A stretch of 64,000 bases of DNA from positions 100,442,001 through 100,506,000 of the forward strand of contig CM052816.1 of assembly GCA_028534125.1 (NCBI GenBank), given 5' to 3'. Below the pieces are notes generated by a model. The model worked only from the letters and a program-made list of their open reading frames with translations, did no database searches and had not been told where the DNA came from. Positions 26,001 through 39,092 of the stretch are shown piece by piece. Every line of letters begins with the position of its first letter. Position 1 is the first letter of the stretch. This DNA comes from Lama glama (taxonomy: Eukaryota). A program made the translations under genes and the position numbers.

Positions 26001-26234
26001 ACCGGAAGAGAAGTGATACTTGAACAACGATTTCGTGGTGAATTTATCCTTTCATTCCCAACAACACCCACTGATCGGCAACAAATGCAGATAAAATTCC
26101 TGGGGCCCTGCAGGGCAGCGCGGGGGACAGGCCGGAGACCTCATGTGTTCGGGGTCATTGGCATCCAGGTGTTGGAGGAGCATCCCCGACTCCTGAATGG
26201 ACACTGAGTTCTCTCGGGTCCACTGATCAGGCTG

Positions 26235-26390
26235 TTTATTCATTCAGACGGAGGCAGAGGATGGGGTGGGAGCCCTTCCAGGCACCGAGGGACCCCCAGT
26301 AACACTCACAGTGGACTGGGGGCTGGGGGAGACCCCAGGAGGGGAGCTTTTAACGTAGGGGGAGGGAAGACAGAGCAGAACAAAAGGGTA
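26235..26390 (-). mobile_element. L2 3'-end remnant
   Basis: tttattcattca...ccttccaggcaccgaggga...ggagctttta resembles the antisense L2 tail. Diverged. Confidence 0.45.
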
Positions 26391-27419
26391 GCTGTGTGAG
26401 TGACTCCCTATATCCCTCCCTCGTGGGGTGAGAAGGGCCAGGGTGGGCGCTGCTGAGCGGGGATGCGCAGACATAGGATGAACACCTCGGTAGATCTGGG
26501 CAGCTTTTTGAAACCCAAAGATTAAAAATACACCTGCAAGCACTTATTAAAAAAAAGAGGTTAAGTTAGCTGTGGACGTGTGCTCTGCACTGGCCACTTG
26601 GCACACAGAGATGGGCTGGGGTTCCCAAATTTCATCGTTATAAACGTCGTCTTTCATGTTGGACAATGTTCAGCGGAAAAACGTCAGGAAACATACCAGC
26701 TGTGTAGCCTGCAGACAATGAAGTCCTTGAACGTCCTCTAGAGCCATGGAGACAAAGGTCGCGTGTGAAGAGGCGGTGGGGGGGGGAGTCACGGTGCGGG
26801 GGACGCACACCGAGCCTTGAAGGGTCAGGCAGGGGCCGCTGGAGGCGTCCACGGCCTGAAAGCCACGTGCTGCTGCGTGTCACAGGGGGATTTCGATAAA
26901 ATGTTATTTTAAATTCTGTGTTGTTTGCTTGCCCATTTGTTTATCTGTTGCTGATTTATTAGCTTTTTAAAATTTTAAATCCAAGGATTTAACTTCATAT
27001 TTCTAAGTTACAGACAAGGAAAAAAAAAAACAAACCGTTGACCACCTCTGTGTTCAGGCAATAAGCCGAGTGACGCAGCCTAGGCACTTACTGCTGTTTG
27101 GAATTGGCTTTTCCGAATTGCAGTCTCATTGTTTTGCACAGTAAACATTTACCTTAAGACCTGAAAAATCTTTTTATCTTAAAATATCTATCTTTCTATT
27201 GCTCTATGTTTTTAATACACTGATAGTTGTTCATAAATGTGTCTATTTGACATGCTATGTAATATATTTTTGAGCAGGAAATATCAGAGTAGCCAGGGCT
27301 GATATTTTGGTTGAATGCCGCCCAGTGAATGCATCATGTTCTGCGGGAGTCCTGCGAGCAGAAAGACCTGTAAGATCCTGCCATCCCATCTAGCTGCCCA
27401 GCAGATCACCCAATAACTA

Positions 27420-27850
27420 TTGATCGATTTGTGTACTGACTTCCATTGCCTGTGATGCACTGTTATAAGCCTGCTGTTTCCAAGATACAGTTCTTACCCT
27501 CATGAACTTGCAACACAGTTGGGGACGCAAGTGGTTGGTGTATGAAAATTCAGATGTGTCTAAACTGGAGATAGTTGTCTAAACCAGACAATGACACAGG
27601 GTGGTCTGGGATTAATTGCCCCCTAGAGAGCACAGATAAAATTTTCTAAAGTTTTCATAGGAGGAAGAAATCAAGCCAACATGTTGAAATCAGTTAGGAG
27701 AAGGAGAGATTTAAACCATGCTTGAGAACAGGGGACAGTTTTTCACAGGCTGGGACCCATGGGTCAGAGCTGGTGGAGCTATGTCTGGGGAGGGGACTAG
27801 ACATCGGATGTGAGGGTCTCGCATGACATGTTCTGAATGATCCAATTCAG
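27420..27850 (-). mobile_element. L2 fragment
   Basis: gcactgttataag...agatacagttcttaccctcatgaacttgca...ttgggg resembles antisense L2. Confidence 0.5.
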
Positions 27851-27904
27851 TTCTGTCATTGACGGTTTCCAGGTGGAAGATCACTTGGTTAAAGTGAATT
27901 TTAT

Positions 27905-28375
27905 TTCCTTTTAGATATAGTTTACTTTATTTTTAAAATCGCACAATAAACATGTCCATTGTAACAACTGGAACCACCCAAAGGCACGTCAGGGAGGGCT
28001 CTCTTCCTCCACTGCCCCCCCATCAGCAACACATGGGGGCACTTTCCACGACCTCTGTCCACCTAGCTCAGTGGAGCACCGATACCCCAGTGGAATGGCC
28101 TTCCCTCCACAGCACGCACATACGAATGCTTGTCTCTACAATTCCTCCTTCTTCACACGACATATCTTCCGGCCACCTTTACCAAGGCTGCATTATACTT
28201 CACAACGTCAGTGTGTCATTGCTGGTCAGACTTGAGTCTATTCTAAAGAAGCATTTCTCAGAGTTATGCTTTCATTTATATATCGTAAATTTCCCTGAAC
28301 CAGAATGCTAGATTATACAGGAGGTGGATTTTATATTTTAATTGTTACTGTTTAATTGTAACTCCAACGTTTCTA
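27905..28375 (-). mobile_element. Old L1 (L1ME-like) 3' fragment
   Basis: aataaacatgtccattgtaacaact at the left end and gtaaatttccctgaaccagaatgctagatt...ttttatattttaat at the right end fit an antisense L1ME 3' region. Confidence 0.45.
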
Positions 28376-31300
28376 GCAATTTCAAGACAGAAAGCGCAGC
28401 TTTCTTCCAGGGGGAGGACTTGGGGCGGCACCAGACTTCTCCTCTGCAGGACTAGAGGAAAGCAGAGCAGAGAGTGGGAGGTGAGGAGTCTGTATCCTCA
28501 GCTGAGATGCTGCTCATCTTTCAAGACAGTTGAAAGTGACTCTGAACGTGAGGGTGCCAAGAGGAGAGAATGTCACTGTCTTTGCTGTGTAAGGAATGTA
28601 ATCACGAGGCGGTTCACCAAATGACAGCTGAATCAGGAGTTTCAAGGCAGGGAGAGACGGAGGTGGGGAGAGCGTGACAGGCTGTAGAAGTGCATCCAGA
28701 TGCACGGTGATAACCATGACGTTTGTAGATACACGCACGATCTAAAGATGCTTGAAACAGGAAAAAAAGAAAAAACCACAAACCTCATGGGAAAGAACAT
28801 CATGGAGTAGAATTAAAAACTTAAAAACGTGCAGCCCAGCCCCTCAGTTCTCACGGTGGTGCCACCAGACTCAACAGCTACGTCAAGGCTCCGAGGGCGC
28901 CCGGTCGGCTCATAACATGAAGCCCAGCTCTGGTTAGTGAGAAGTTCTGCAAAATTGAGTGACAAGGGAGAACGGAAAATAAAGACACGGGCCAACGCTC
29001 ACCAGTGAAATCAAAGCGACTCAAAGCAGAATAGAAACATTAGTTTTAAATGCAGCGGAAGCGGAGACCCGGCAGGTGAGGGAGTTACCGCAACACTCTT
29101 ACCCTTTTTCCAGCAAACAGTGTAGCAGCTAAATACAAAAGCACTGCGTGTGTGCTTGTGAGGGTGTGTGTGAGCCTGCGTGTGAGTGTGTGCACATACA
29201 CACAACAAGAATATGGGCTACAGTTACCAGGAGAGTCAGATGCGCTTTGTGCACACTTTGGCGGAGGAAGAGGGGCAGCGCCTCCCGGCCTGACTTCTCA
29301 CCGCCGCCCCTGCAGCAGCAGGTCTGCAGGGCTCTCTCCCTGGTCACGGCCTGAGTGAAACCCGACGCTGGAGATGTGCAGTGTCTCAGCTGATGTATTA
29401 TGGGCGTATTAGTGCTTTGTGTCTAAAAAGAGTAAGGCTTTTTGTCCCCTAAGAGCCAATTTTTACCCTCTTTGGGATAATATCGCCCCCTTGGAGAATG
29501 CATGAAATAGACAGAAAAATAAACAAAAATACGGAAACATGAGAATCACTCGACTGGTCAGGCCTTTAAAGTGCTACTGGGGAGGTTAGGACTCCAGGGG
29601 CAGCGGGCACGGTGGCTGAAGGGGGGCCTGGAATTCGGGGGCCCTTGGGCACCTGAGGAGGGAAATGTGCACCTCGGGCAGTGGGGGCAGGGCCAGCGGG
29701 GGTTTGAGGTGAGAGCTCAGGGCAGCCCCCCCCCGGGCTCCCGGGGCCACTCCTCAGTGACAGCCTCCATGGTTAGAGCGTTTGAGAAACTGGGCTGGAC
29801 CACGTTAAACTGGTCGCTGCAGAAAAATGCTGGTCTTCAGTGCACTAATTTCCTTGTGCTGCCCCAAAATGAGACAGGCCAGGCAGGATGCCCTGAGCTT
29901 CTGGGGGTCCCGTCGGGGGTGCCATCAGCCTAGGACTTCTATTCACATCTCACGAGACAGTCCTGGAATGTCACTGCCTCCCGCGTGAAGGTCCTCATGT
30001 CTTCAAGCCGTGAAGCCAGATAGAGCAAGAATGGAGACGTTCCTAGACAGTGTCCCTTCTTCTGAACTTGGCTGACTTCCCTCCTGGCCTCCCTTCCCCC
30101 TTTCTCTTTTCTTGAACTCAGTTTCAAAAATAAGAAACTGGGAGATAGAAAGATTTAAAGAAGAGAGATCAACCCTGAAGTCACGGACCTTCGTCCCTTT
30201 ACTTCTCCGGGAGTCTTCCTTCTAATACAGGTCAGCGGTGCCTCGAATGCCGGTCTGCGCCCGGCGCCCGCCATCTGACCCTGAGGACAGAGTGACCCGC
30301 AGCCGGAGACGGCGTGATCCCTGCCCCCAGATCTGAGAGCCGATCGTGGAAGTGACCTTGAGCACGTCCCGACAAGTGTGACAGAGAACGCACAGGGGGA
30401 GCACTGGGCTGTGTGACGTGCAGCACGGAGAAAGTTCACGCCCAGCATTAAAGGCTGTCTCCTGGATCCGCCTGCACCACCAGGTCACAAAGAACGGTGT
30501 GTGCACCACGTGGGACGTGGTGGGGTGAACGCAGCTCTGTGGAAACCGAGGCGCGTTCCCAGACCTCCTGTCTCATCATCTTTCCGAGGAAAACGGCGCC
30601 ATCGCCTTGAAATGACGGTGATTTGGAGCTGGGACGAGAGCTGGTGCGGCTCACGCTGGTCCGCCTTATGTCATCGTGAATGTGGGCACCGTGCGAGAAT
30701 CAGAATGGACGGCGACCAGGGGACAGCGGAGCCAAGGCCACCTGCTCTGGCCCTCTGCCGATGGTGGCCGTTTGTGACGTAAGCCTGGGTCCAGGTTCTG
30801 AACCCGGCGAGTCCTGTTGGAAAGCACCCCCACGCCCAGCCAGCAGTCACGGGAGGGCAGTGCCTAAGGTCCCAGTGACTCTACTGAACCTGGAGCGGGT
30901 GACAGAGCAGCGCCTGCCATGGGTGAGGGCCAAGGATCTGAACCCAGGGACCTCCTGCGAGAGCTCCAGGGCAGCGCCCTTCGGGTTCCTTCCTAGTTTT
31001 GAATCTTAAATAGAATTCACAGTATGGGCAGGAGATGGGGCTGAGGGTGTGTGACGGCTCTGCAAGATGCTCTGTTGAACCTGTTGGAAGCCAGCGTGGC
31101 AGGTGTGGGGCTGCGCACAGGCCGAGAGTCATTGTGGCTTGGTGGCTTTCTGGCCTCCCTTATTGTCCTGACGTGCGAGGACCCGCGGGACCTGCCAGGT
31201 ACACACTGCTTGCAGCTGAGAAACTATCCTCATCGGATGCGAGTGACCTTCGAATTACATCAGAGGACGTTTGAAAGTCACTTAAGAGACTCGTTAAAAC

Positions 31301-34300
31301 GCACTGACACATCAGAGACCTGAGGGCAGTTTGCACTCGCACCTTTCTGGTATTTCGATTTCTTTCGTGCTGAGAAGTCCTCACCAATGTTGTATGGGGT
31401 AGAAAACAGAGAGCAAAGCGTTTGATAAGGTTACCCGAGTCGTCACCCAAATTCCAGCTCTTCCTTAGCTTTGAAAACCTAGCTTCCCACAAACGCATGG
31501 TTCTGCGCTATCGGGATTTTTCCATAGGGATGAGCTGAGGTTAGCTTGAGACTTTGCCCCAAGAAGCTGCTGTGGTCTATTTTGAAGCTGATGAGGAGAA
31601 ACAGCAGGTCGTATAACTCCTGAAACTGCGCACTTTACCATGAGATCCGTTTCCGAGGTCTCGCTCGGGCATCCTTAGACGCGATCGTCCGGTGCCTGCA
31701 TCGGGGACCCGGGGGGAGAGGCCCCCGCGGCCTGCGCGGGGCACGGCTGGGCTGCAAGGCGAGCGCCAGGACGTCCTGCCCTTGCGGGGACCTGCGTGGG
31801 GAGGCGGCGTTCTTCCCACAAAGCTTGGAGGAACTTCTGGGAGCTTTCCGCCGCTCCCCATGCCTCCGGATTGCCACCTCTCTGGCACGTCTCTGCCATC
31901 ACTCACTGCCCACCAGGCCGGGCAGAACCCCGCCACTTTGCAGGTGGGGCCGGCTGCTGCCAGTGGCAGAGACGAATGACATATTTATTAGCTTGTCAAA
32001 ACCTCCCCTGTTTATGGAAGCCTCACCCAGCTAAACAAAACAGTCTGCCTCCCATTGGCTCATCGGGAGGCCCCTGCTGAGAGTTTCAGCAAAGTGCTTG
32101 ATGAGGCGTAAAATGATGATTAATTAATTTACTGCTCAGTTGATCATCACACGGCGCGGCTGACGGTTCTCCCAGCGGTCAGCCCTCGCGCCCTGTGCGC
32201 GGCCGAGCTGCCTTTGCTTTGACCTGAGCTCGGAGACTCCTGGGCCGGGGAGGGGAGGGGATGGGCACAGAGTCTCGGAGGCCCCAGGAGACGGCGACAG
32301 GGGGGCCTCTCGCAGCCGGTCATCAATCATGGTGCGCTCGCCCTGGGAACTAGCCGGCTCCCGGGGCAGGCGGCGTCTGCGCGGGCCCGCTGCCCTCCGA
32401 GGCCGGACCTGGGCAGCTCGCTGTCCTCCCGGCCACGAGGGTGACCCTCACCGTCCTTCCGGAGATGAAGGCACTGTCCTCCCAGACAGGAGGGCGGGGG
32501 GTGAGTGCTGGCTGTGACAGGCCCCTCTGCTCTTGCACCTGTGCCAGGGCCTCACCAGCTTGGGGACCCCACAGGGACCCGCTCTGCTTACATTGGAGAC
32601 CTCAAGGTCAGTGACAGGATGGCTTTTGGAAATGGGAAAATTTGGAAATCATTTTCCTTAATTTTATCTCAAGAGGCTGCACTGTTGGGGTTTAGTGGTT
32701 CAGGAAGTTTAGTTTATGGGAAGTTAAAGGAGTATTTCAAATGAGAGGTCCTGATCGATTTAGACTCTTCGAACTGACTGTCAAGACTAGATCTACATCA
32801 GGTACTCACAGCGAACGGCCAGCTGAAAGCTTACATCTAGGGGGAAAATGGACGTGCCCAGTGGTAACCAAACCACCCTGTGGCGAAGTCTGTCCTCATC
32901 ATGATGCAGGTTAAATGACGAAGAGACACGGCCCTCCCCCGCCTTCTGGGTGAGCTCCGGGTCCGGGCCAGTTCTGGGCCCTGGACCACAGGCGGGGGCC
33001 CTGAGGGTCGCTGAGATGACCCCTCAGACCTGCACACAGAACCAAGGAGCCCTGGCCCTCCTTTACGTCTGACACCTGGGATGTCCAGGTCCCATGGGCC
33101 CCTCAGAAAAGCAATGGTGCATGTGCCGCTGGCACCAGGCCCCTCCAGGACTGTGGGGTGCTCTCAGCGCTGCATCCCCAGGACAGGGGAAGGGCTGGGG
33201 TCACTACACGTGTGCAGGTGAGGTCCATGCTCTGCAGAGACGGCAGGGACTGCCAGGGCAGCTCCTGTCCAGCCCTAGCACGCTGCATGGTGCACGGTGC
33301 ACGGGACACAGTGTAGGCTGAGATGCAGGTGCTCAGAGACCAGCTTCCTCTCCGCTGTCATGCAGCACACAGGCCGAACCCTCCTCGCCTGGTGACCTGG
33401 AGCATCGGAACCAGGGCTGGAGATGGACAGTGGTCATGAAACGATCGGGGAGGGGGCAATGTCTGGGCGAATTGCCGTCCTGCTGGCAAGTGGCCCCTGG
33501 GAACGGTTGTCTCACTTGGAAAAGGTGTGGGGCAGATGGGGCAGCTGGGGTGAGCAGCGAGGGGGCTGAGAGACTGCAGTTGCAGCCCCAACATGCGGGA
33601 GGCCAGCCTGGACCAGGCACCTGCCACCTGGCTCCTGCCTGCAGGTGACACTGCCCTGTATGATGTGTGTCCTCACACACGGCCTTGTCCCTTGTCCCAC
33701 AGTGCTGGCCCTCTGAGTCCACTCACCGCAAGGGACGGAGAGCAGAGAGTATCACCCCTGCTGCGTCCTGCCAGCAGGTCCTTGTGGTAAACAGGGGTCA
33801 CTGTGGTTGGATCACATGGGGACGCGGGGTGAGCAAGACCAGCCAAACCGTGAAAAAATCCTGACAAAGGTGAACTCCTTCACGATGTTTTCCATCCCCT
33901 GGGGTTCCTCTGGGACGACGGCTCTGCGGCCCCGGTGGTGGGCTTGGGGGTGCTGTGCTCTGCGAGGCTCCGCGCGCCTTGACGGGAAAGGCCTGCAAAG
34001 CCCACCTGCTAACCTGCTCTGCTCGACGCCCCCACCCGCCAGCGCAAGCAGCAGTGCCTGACAGCCACTCGCGTCCGCTGCGAGCAGAGCCCGTGCGCAG
34101 AAAGCGTGGCCTCTAATCAAAGGCGTCATTATTAACAGTAAACAAGCCTTTGCTGAGGGCGGCCGTGGAAGACAGCCCGTGTGTCCTGCGTCATCCCCTG
34201 CAGCGGGACTAGCACAGTGGCCAGAGGCCCACGCTGCCGGCCCCCGTGTCAGCCACTACCTGGGGGACATGCAGGATGCACCATGGGAAGGGGCCGGTGG

Positions 34301-34330
34301 GCTCGGAGGCCAGGGCTGGTGTTTGACACT

Positions 34331-34593
34331 GGGGGATGGAGGCCATGGGGGTGGATGCCGTGGGGACAGAGGCCTAGGGGGATGGAGGCCGTGGGGGATG
34401 GAGGCTTTGGGTGTGGAGGCCGTGGTGATGGAGGCCATGGGGGATGGAGGCCATGTGGGTGGAGGCCGTGGGGATGGAGGCCATGGGGGATGGAGGCCAT
34501 GGGGGTGGAGGCTGTGGCGATGGAGGCCATGGGGGATGGAGGCCATGGGGGATGGAGGCCATCGGGGAGGGAGGCCGTGGGGGTGGAGGGTGT
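34331..34593. repeat. G-rich minisatellite, 17 units of 15-16 bp (consensus GGGGGATGGAGGCCAT)
   Basis: Units parsed by eye have lengths 16,15,15,16,16,15,15,16,15,15,16,15,15,16,16,16,15, totalling 263 bp. This explains the repetitive ORFs (GDGGHGG / MEAMG / HGLHP) in all frames. Confidence 0.97.
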
Positions 34594-36479
34594 TGTGTCA
34601 CGGGTGCAGGCCATAGGGGGCCAGCACTGAGGAGCGGACACCCACTCTAATGAGGGGTTTCTCAGCCCTGGAGGGGGAGCCAGATGGTTGAGGGTGAGGA
34701 GCTGGGCAAGGCTCCCAGGACTGGGTGGACCCTCCAGCACCCCCAGATCCTACTCTGCAGCTCGGGGTCCCCAGAACCCTGGACTCTGGGCCGACAGCTG
34801 GACCTCAATGAGGCCTTGAATCACACCTGCTAATTAAGGTGACTGGTGGGGTGAGGTTAGTGAGGGTATGTGTGTGAGTCCTCAGGGCAAGGCCAGCACC
34901 CGCAGGGGCTTCCGACCAGGACAGCCTGAGGCTCGGCTTTCCCATGAAGTCAGGGACAGTGCTGACCCCCCAGGGCCGTTTGACGGAGGTTACCTGGGAG
35001 ATGGTGCCTGCCTCCCCGGGCAGGTTCGAGCAGCTGGCGGCGGCATCAGCTCCGGCTCCGGCATCCAGGGGAAGAAGTCGCAGCCTGCAGCCTGGAGGAG
35101 GGGTAGGGCCTGGGGTCTTCCGGGGGTGGGCTCGGTCCTCCAAGCACACTGACTGCTCCCGTTTCCCCCCGGGGGCAGAGAAAGTCGCACCTGGAGGTGG
35201 TCACTTCCCCCAGCTTCCCTGCTTCTCTTCTGTTTTCACCCCAGCCCTGCCTGTATCTTTATAGGACATCTGTCCAGTTCCAAAGGGTCACTTTGGGGTC
35301 ACTAGGGTTATAAAGTGTCACCTCCATGAGATCATTGAGTGTGAGACACTTCAAGGAGCATTTTGAATTTTTGAACATTTATTTATTTTTTCTTTCTAAA
35401 AATTAAAACTGTGTTTCCCCAGACACAAGCGTGCGCTGATGTAGAATCGGAGCATCACTTTCGGAGAGCGGCTGAATGAGGCTGCATGCTGCCTGAGGCC
35501 CATTAGGACTCCAGCCCCGGAAAGGCCGTCTGTGCTAATGGCCGCGCTCGCCCCGCGATGGCAGATGAGCGCGTTTCACACCCGGCGCAGTAACCCCATC
35601 TGGCTGCTGCTGGTCTCCAGGACGCCCTCCTGCTGACGTTAGCCACGTGCCCAGGGCACTCACGCTAATGACAGCCACGCCTCCTCCTGTGCACACATCC
35701 TGCAACTCCAGATCGGAGCTGATCAAAACTTCCAGGTCAGGGAGGTTATTTTAAAACAGGGGTCCCTTTCTCCTTCTCCTGGAGCTTCCAGACTGTCTTG
35801 TAAATTAACGTCATAAGAAAACATGAAGGGGAGAGCAAGCACTGCGGCCAGACAGCCGTCCTCGGCGCGAGTGAGCCGCCTGCGGCCTGGCTGCAGCGTG
35901 GACCCGGCCGCCCAGGGCCTCACCACCTGCTGGGGCCTCGCCCCTTACCTCTCGCCGGATGAGCGTGTACGTGGAGCACCCATCGCCTGTCCCAGTGAGC
36001 AGAGATCACCAGGGTCGTGTTTTCCTCTAAGATACTGAGAGGATGTCATGGACAAGGGTGAAGGAAACAGACTGACCGTGCAGAATTTTCAAAGGTGAGA
36101 CGAGAAGTGTCCCGGCGAGTGGAGGTGAGGTGCCCAGTACACCTGTGAGGGAGGGCTGAGCCCTCGTGTGCGGGCCCGGGGCTCACTTCATCCACGGGGG
36201 AGCACTTCATGCACTAGTGGGGAAATGTGACCAAACCAAACGCGAGTCCACTCGCCCGACACCCAGCAAAGCTGATCTGCTGCCCCCAGGTGGTGGCGAA
36301 GGGAAGCGCAACGTTAACTGCAGGGCCGAGCGAGGAGCACGGGCAGCTCATGCTCCAAAGGCTCGGACTCCCTGTGGCCTCAGGGACGGGTTTTGAAGGC
36401 AACACGAGGGGTGGGGGTGCAGGAGCGTGATCAGCTCCTGGCGGCCTCTGACTGGCCGGTGCTGAGGTCACAGGGTGCT

Positions 36480-37830
36480 GTTTCTGGACGCAGCATCACC
36501 AGCCTTCTGGGTCCAGCCAGTCTGGGGTCCAGCTGCCGTGGCCAGCGTGCAGCCACCACACGCCGGGCGGGGGTCTTGGTTTCAGCAGAGCCGCTCAAAG
36601 ACGTGCCTCAGGTGGTTGCGTGTGTCCCCTCCGGAGGAGCCGGGCGTCCCGGCCTCGGGGGTCCCGGTCACTTACTGCAGAGTCTGCTTTTTGGAACACG
36701 AGGAGGGCCCGACGCAGGGAGGTCCGTCAGGGCGCTGACCGCTTGCAGGCCCCTCGTCTTTGACACTCGCCAGCGCTCGGGGAGCAGGGTGCGACAGGAG
36801 CGCTGGGGACAGAGGCAGAGCAGATGTGGCAGAGGGGCTTGGCTCTGGGGGCACTCGGTTTCCGAAGGTGTTTTCCGAGTTCCAGGTGGCGCCGGAGCTC
36901 CTCGCGGGGAACCCGGGAGGACCGCGCAACGTGCCCGCTTGTGACCCGACACAGAGCAAGCGTTTGTTCTTCAGCCTGGCTTTGCGTGAGCTCTAACAGG
37001 CTCCCTAACGAGTAAAATTTAAAGTGTTTGTTCCCCCAAAGAACATCAAGAACTTGCTCTAAATCAACAACAGAAACAAAAACCACCTTACGTACTTCTT
37101 GAACAAGCGAGAGACAGACCGCTCCCCGGTGCAGACGACCGCGGCCGCCAGCGAGCGTGCTGAAGCCCCGGGTCGCCCAGCACGTGTCGTGACCGGTACG
37201 TCATTTTGACAGGGTTCCAAAATCAAATGGCCGTTTCTTCCGTGTGGTTTACAAGCGTTACAGTAGGGGGAGGGCTTTTCCTTAAAAACAAACAAGCAAA
37301 CAAAGGGTCTCTTTTTTTTAAATACAAGACTACAACGAAGTGACCGTATCTCATCTTAAGAACAAAATCGAGGTCAGCTCAACAGAGCTGCGGGGACGGG
37401 GGGCAAAGCGGGGAACGGATGCAAACCGACGGCGAGTCCGCGTGCCTGACAGTTTCCTCCCCCGGCTCGTCTGAGTCCCGAGTCGCAGGGGGAGCCGTGG
37501 TGCCCGTTCACAGGCCTGGGAGCTCCCGAGAGATGTCACGCTGGATCCTGGGCCGGAGAGTGCCCGTGCTCCCCAGGCCGGGCTGTGGATTGGGGAACCC
37601 TCAGAGGAAGCGTGCGGGACCAGCGGTCGGCGGTGCCACCCCGGGGCGGTGCGAGCTGTGCAGGCGAGGCCTGAGGGGCCCGCAGCTCCGTGGGCAACGT
37701 CCTCCGTGACGCTCAGTGTGTCTGCTTCTGCTGAGACTGTCCCTGCGATGGAGACGGAGCGCTGGGAGGGGAGGGGCTGGCACGCGGGGCGCTGCCCGCA
37801 CTGACGAAGACGGACCGCCTCTCGTGAGGC
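36480..37830. promoter_or_regulatory. CpG-rich region with an AT-rich core (~37000-37370)
   Basis: High CpG density on both sides of an A-rich core containing repeated AAACA/AACAA motifs. Confidence 0.35.
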
Positions 37831-39092
37831 AGGGGTGCACTTGTATTGATGCAGATTCACTGTTTCAGGTAAAAAAAAGCCTTGTTGTGTGATCAAAGCT
37901 AATAAAAATAGAAAACAAATGACACTGTAGTCCGAACAGAACGCACACACTATGTAATGAACACATATTGACCGGTAACCTGCAACTAATGCAGCTATAG
38001 ATTTTTACTTTGTGTATCCGTGGCTTTAAGAAGCAATCAGCCGGGTCTCCCCGGGCGGGAGGACGAGGTGATAGTTGACAAAGCTGCGTTTTACTTAGTG
38101 CTGAACAAACAGTCAATTCAAATTTGAGGTGGGTGTACGGGACAGCCACCTCTTCGCTTCATGCGAGCCAGGATCAGGTGAGCGAGGACGTCTTGAGAGG
38201 GTTCTGTCGTGGGACACGGATTGCTCACCGTGTAAGGACGCCTCCTGTCCACTTACAACAGTGTCCTGCGCGGCCGCACGGGAATTCGACACCAGTATCC
38301 CTGGTGCGCAATGATCTTTAAAGCCAAGTCTACGCAACCTGGGCCGGGTCTCCTGCACTGAACCTCACAGTTCTCTCAGACTCGCCGCACACGGAGATGC
38401 AAACGGATGAGCGGCCCGTGCGACCGCACCTACGGCGTGAAAACGTTCATCTGAACTAGGCCACTGGACTTCTGAAGCCACCGGAACAGGGCACTCAGTC
38501 CAAGCGGTGATGAGGGACAGCTCTTCCCGGGCCCTGCAGCACCTCTGGGACAGTCATCGCCCTCCACCAGCACCTTCTCAGGTTCCCTGGGCAGCTCGCG
38601 TCAGTGCACGGACGGGGTCACTTGGAGGAATGAGTGTCACCTCAAGCCTGCGGGACCTCGGGGTGGCTTTGGCCCAGGACCCCGCGGGGATCTGTGGCAT
38701 CTGACCAGTGCCCGGGTCCTTCCAGCCCAACTGCTGCTGCTCCTGAGTGGCCCCTGTTCTCAAAAGCCCGGGTCCAGGCGCTCGGCAGGGGGAAGGCGCC
38801 CGGCGCAGGGAGGGGCGTCATCCCCGGATCACACCCTGTGGCACCCAGGTCCAGTCCTGTCACATCCTGCAGCCGTGGACATGTCCACGTCCACGCCCAC
38901 CGGCTGGGCGGAGGAGGGTGGAGAGGAATCAGCTTCCTGTTGCTCCAGCGCTGCGCTCACGGCTGGAGGAGCGAGTCCACCTCAGGTGACGGGAGAAGCC
39001 CAGGCCCCCGCGGGCTGCCTGCCTGACGGGAACGGCCAGGTGCGCGGTAGCTCCCTGTCCGGAGGCGCCCACCTGGAAGCGGCAGCACAAGC

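Noticed and set aside
34331..34593. Possible CRISPR-like array
   Set aside because: The units are directly tandem with no unique spacers, there are no cas genes, and the DNA is mammalian.
34179..34740. Gly/His/Pro-rich repetitive ORFs (GDGGHGG, HGLHP)
   Set aside because: These are translations of the minisatellite. Mixed 15/16-bp units shift frame repeatedly, which argues against coding.
36878..36895. CTCF-like core CCAGGTGGCGCC (and partial matches near 13712 and 17925)
   Set aside because: The 5' part of the motif is missing, and partial matches are common in GC-rich DNA.
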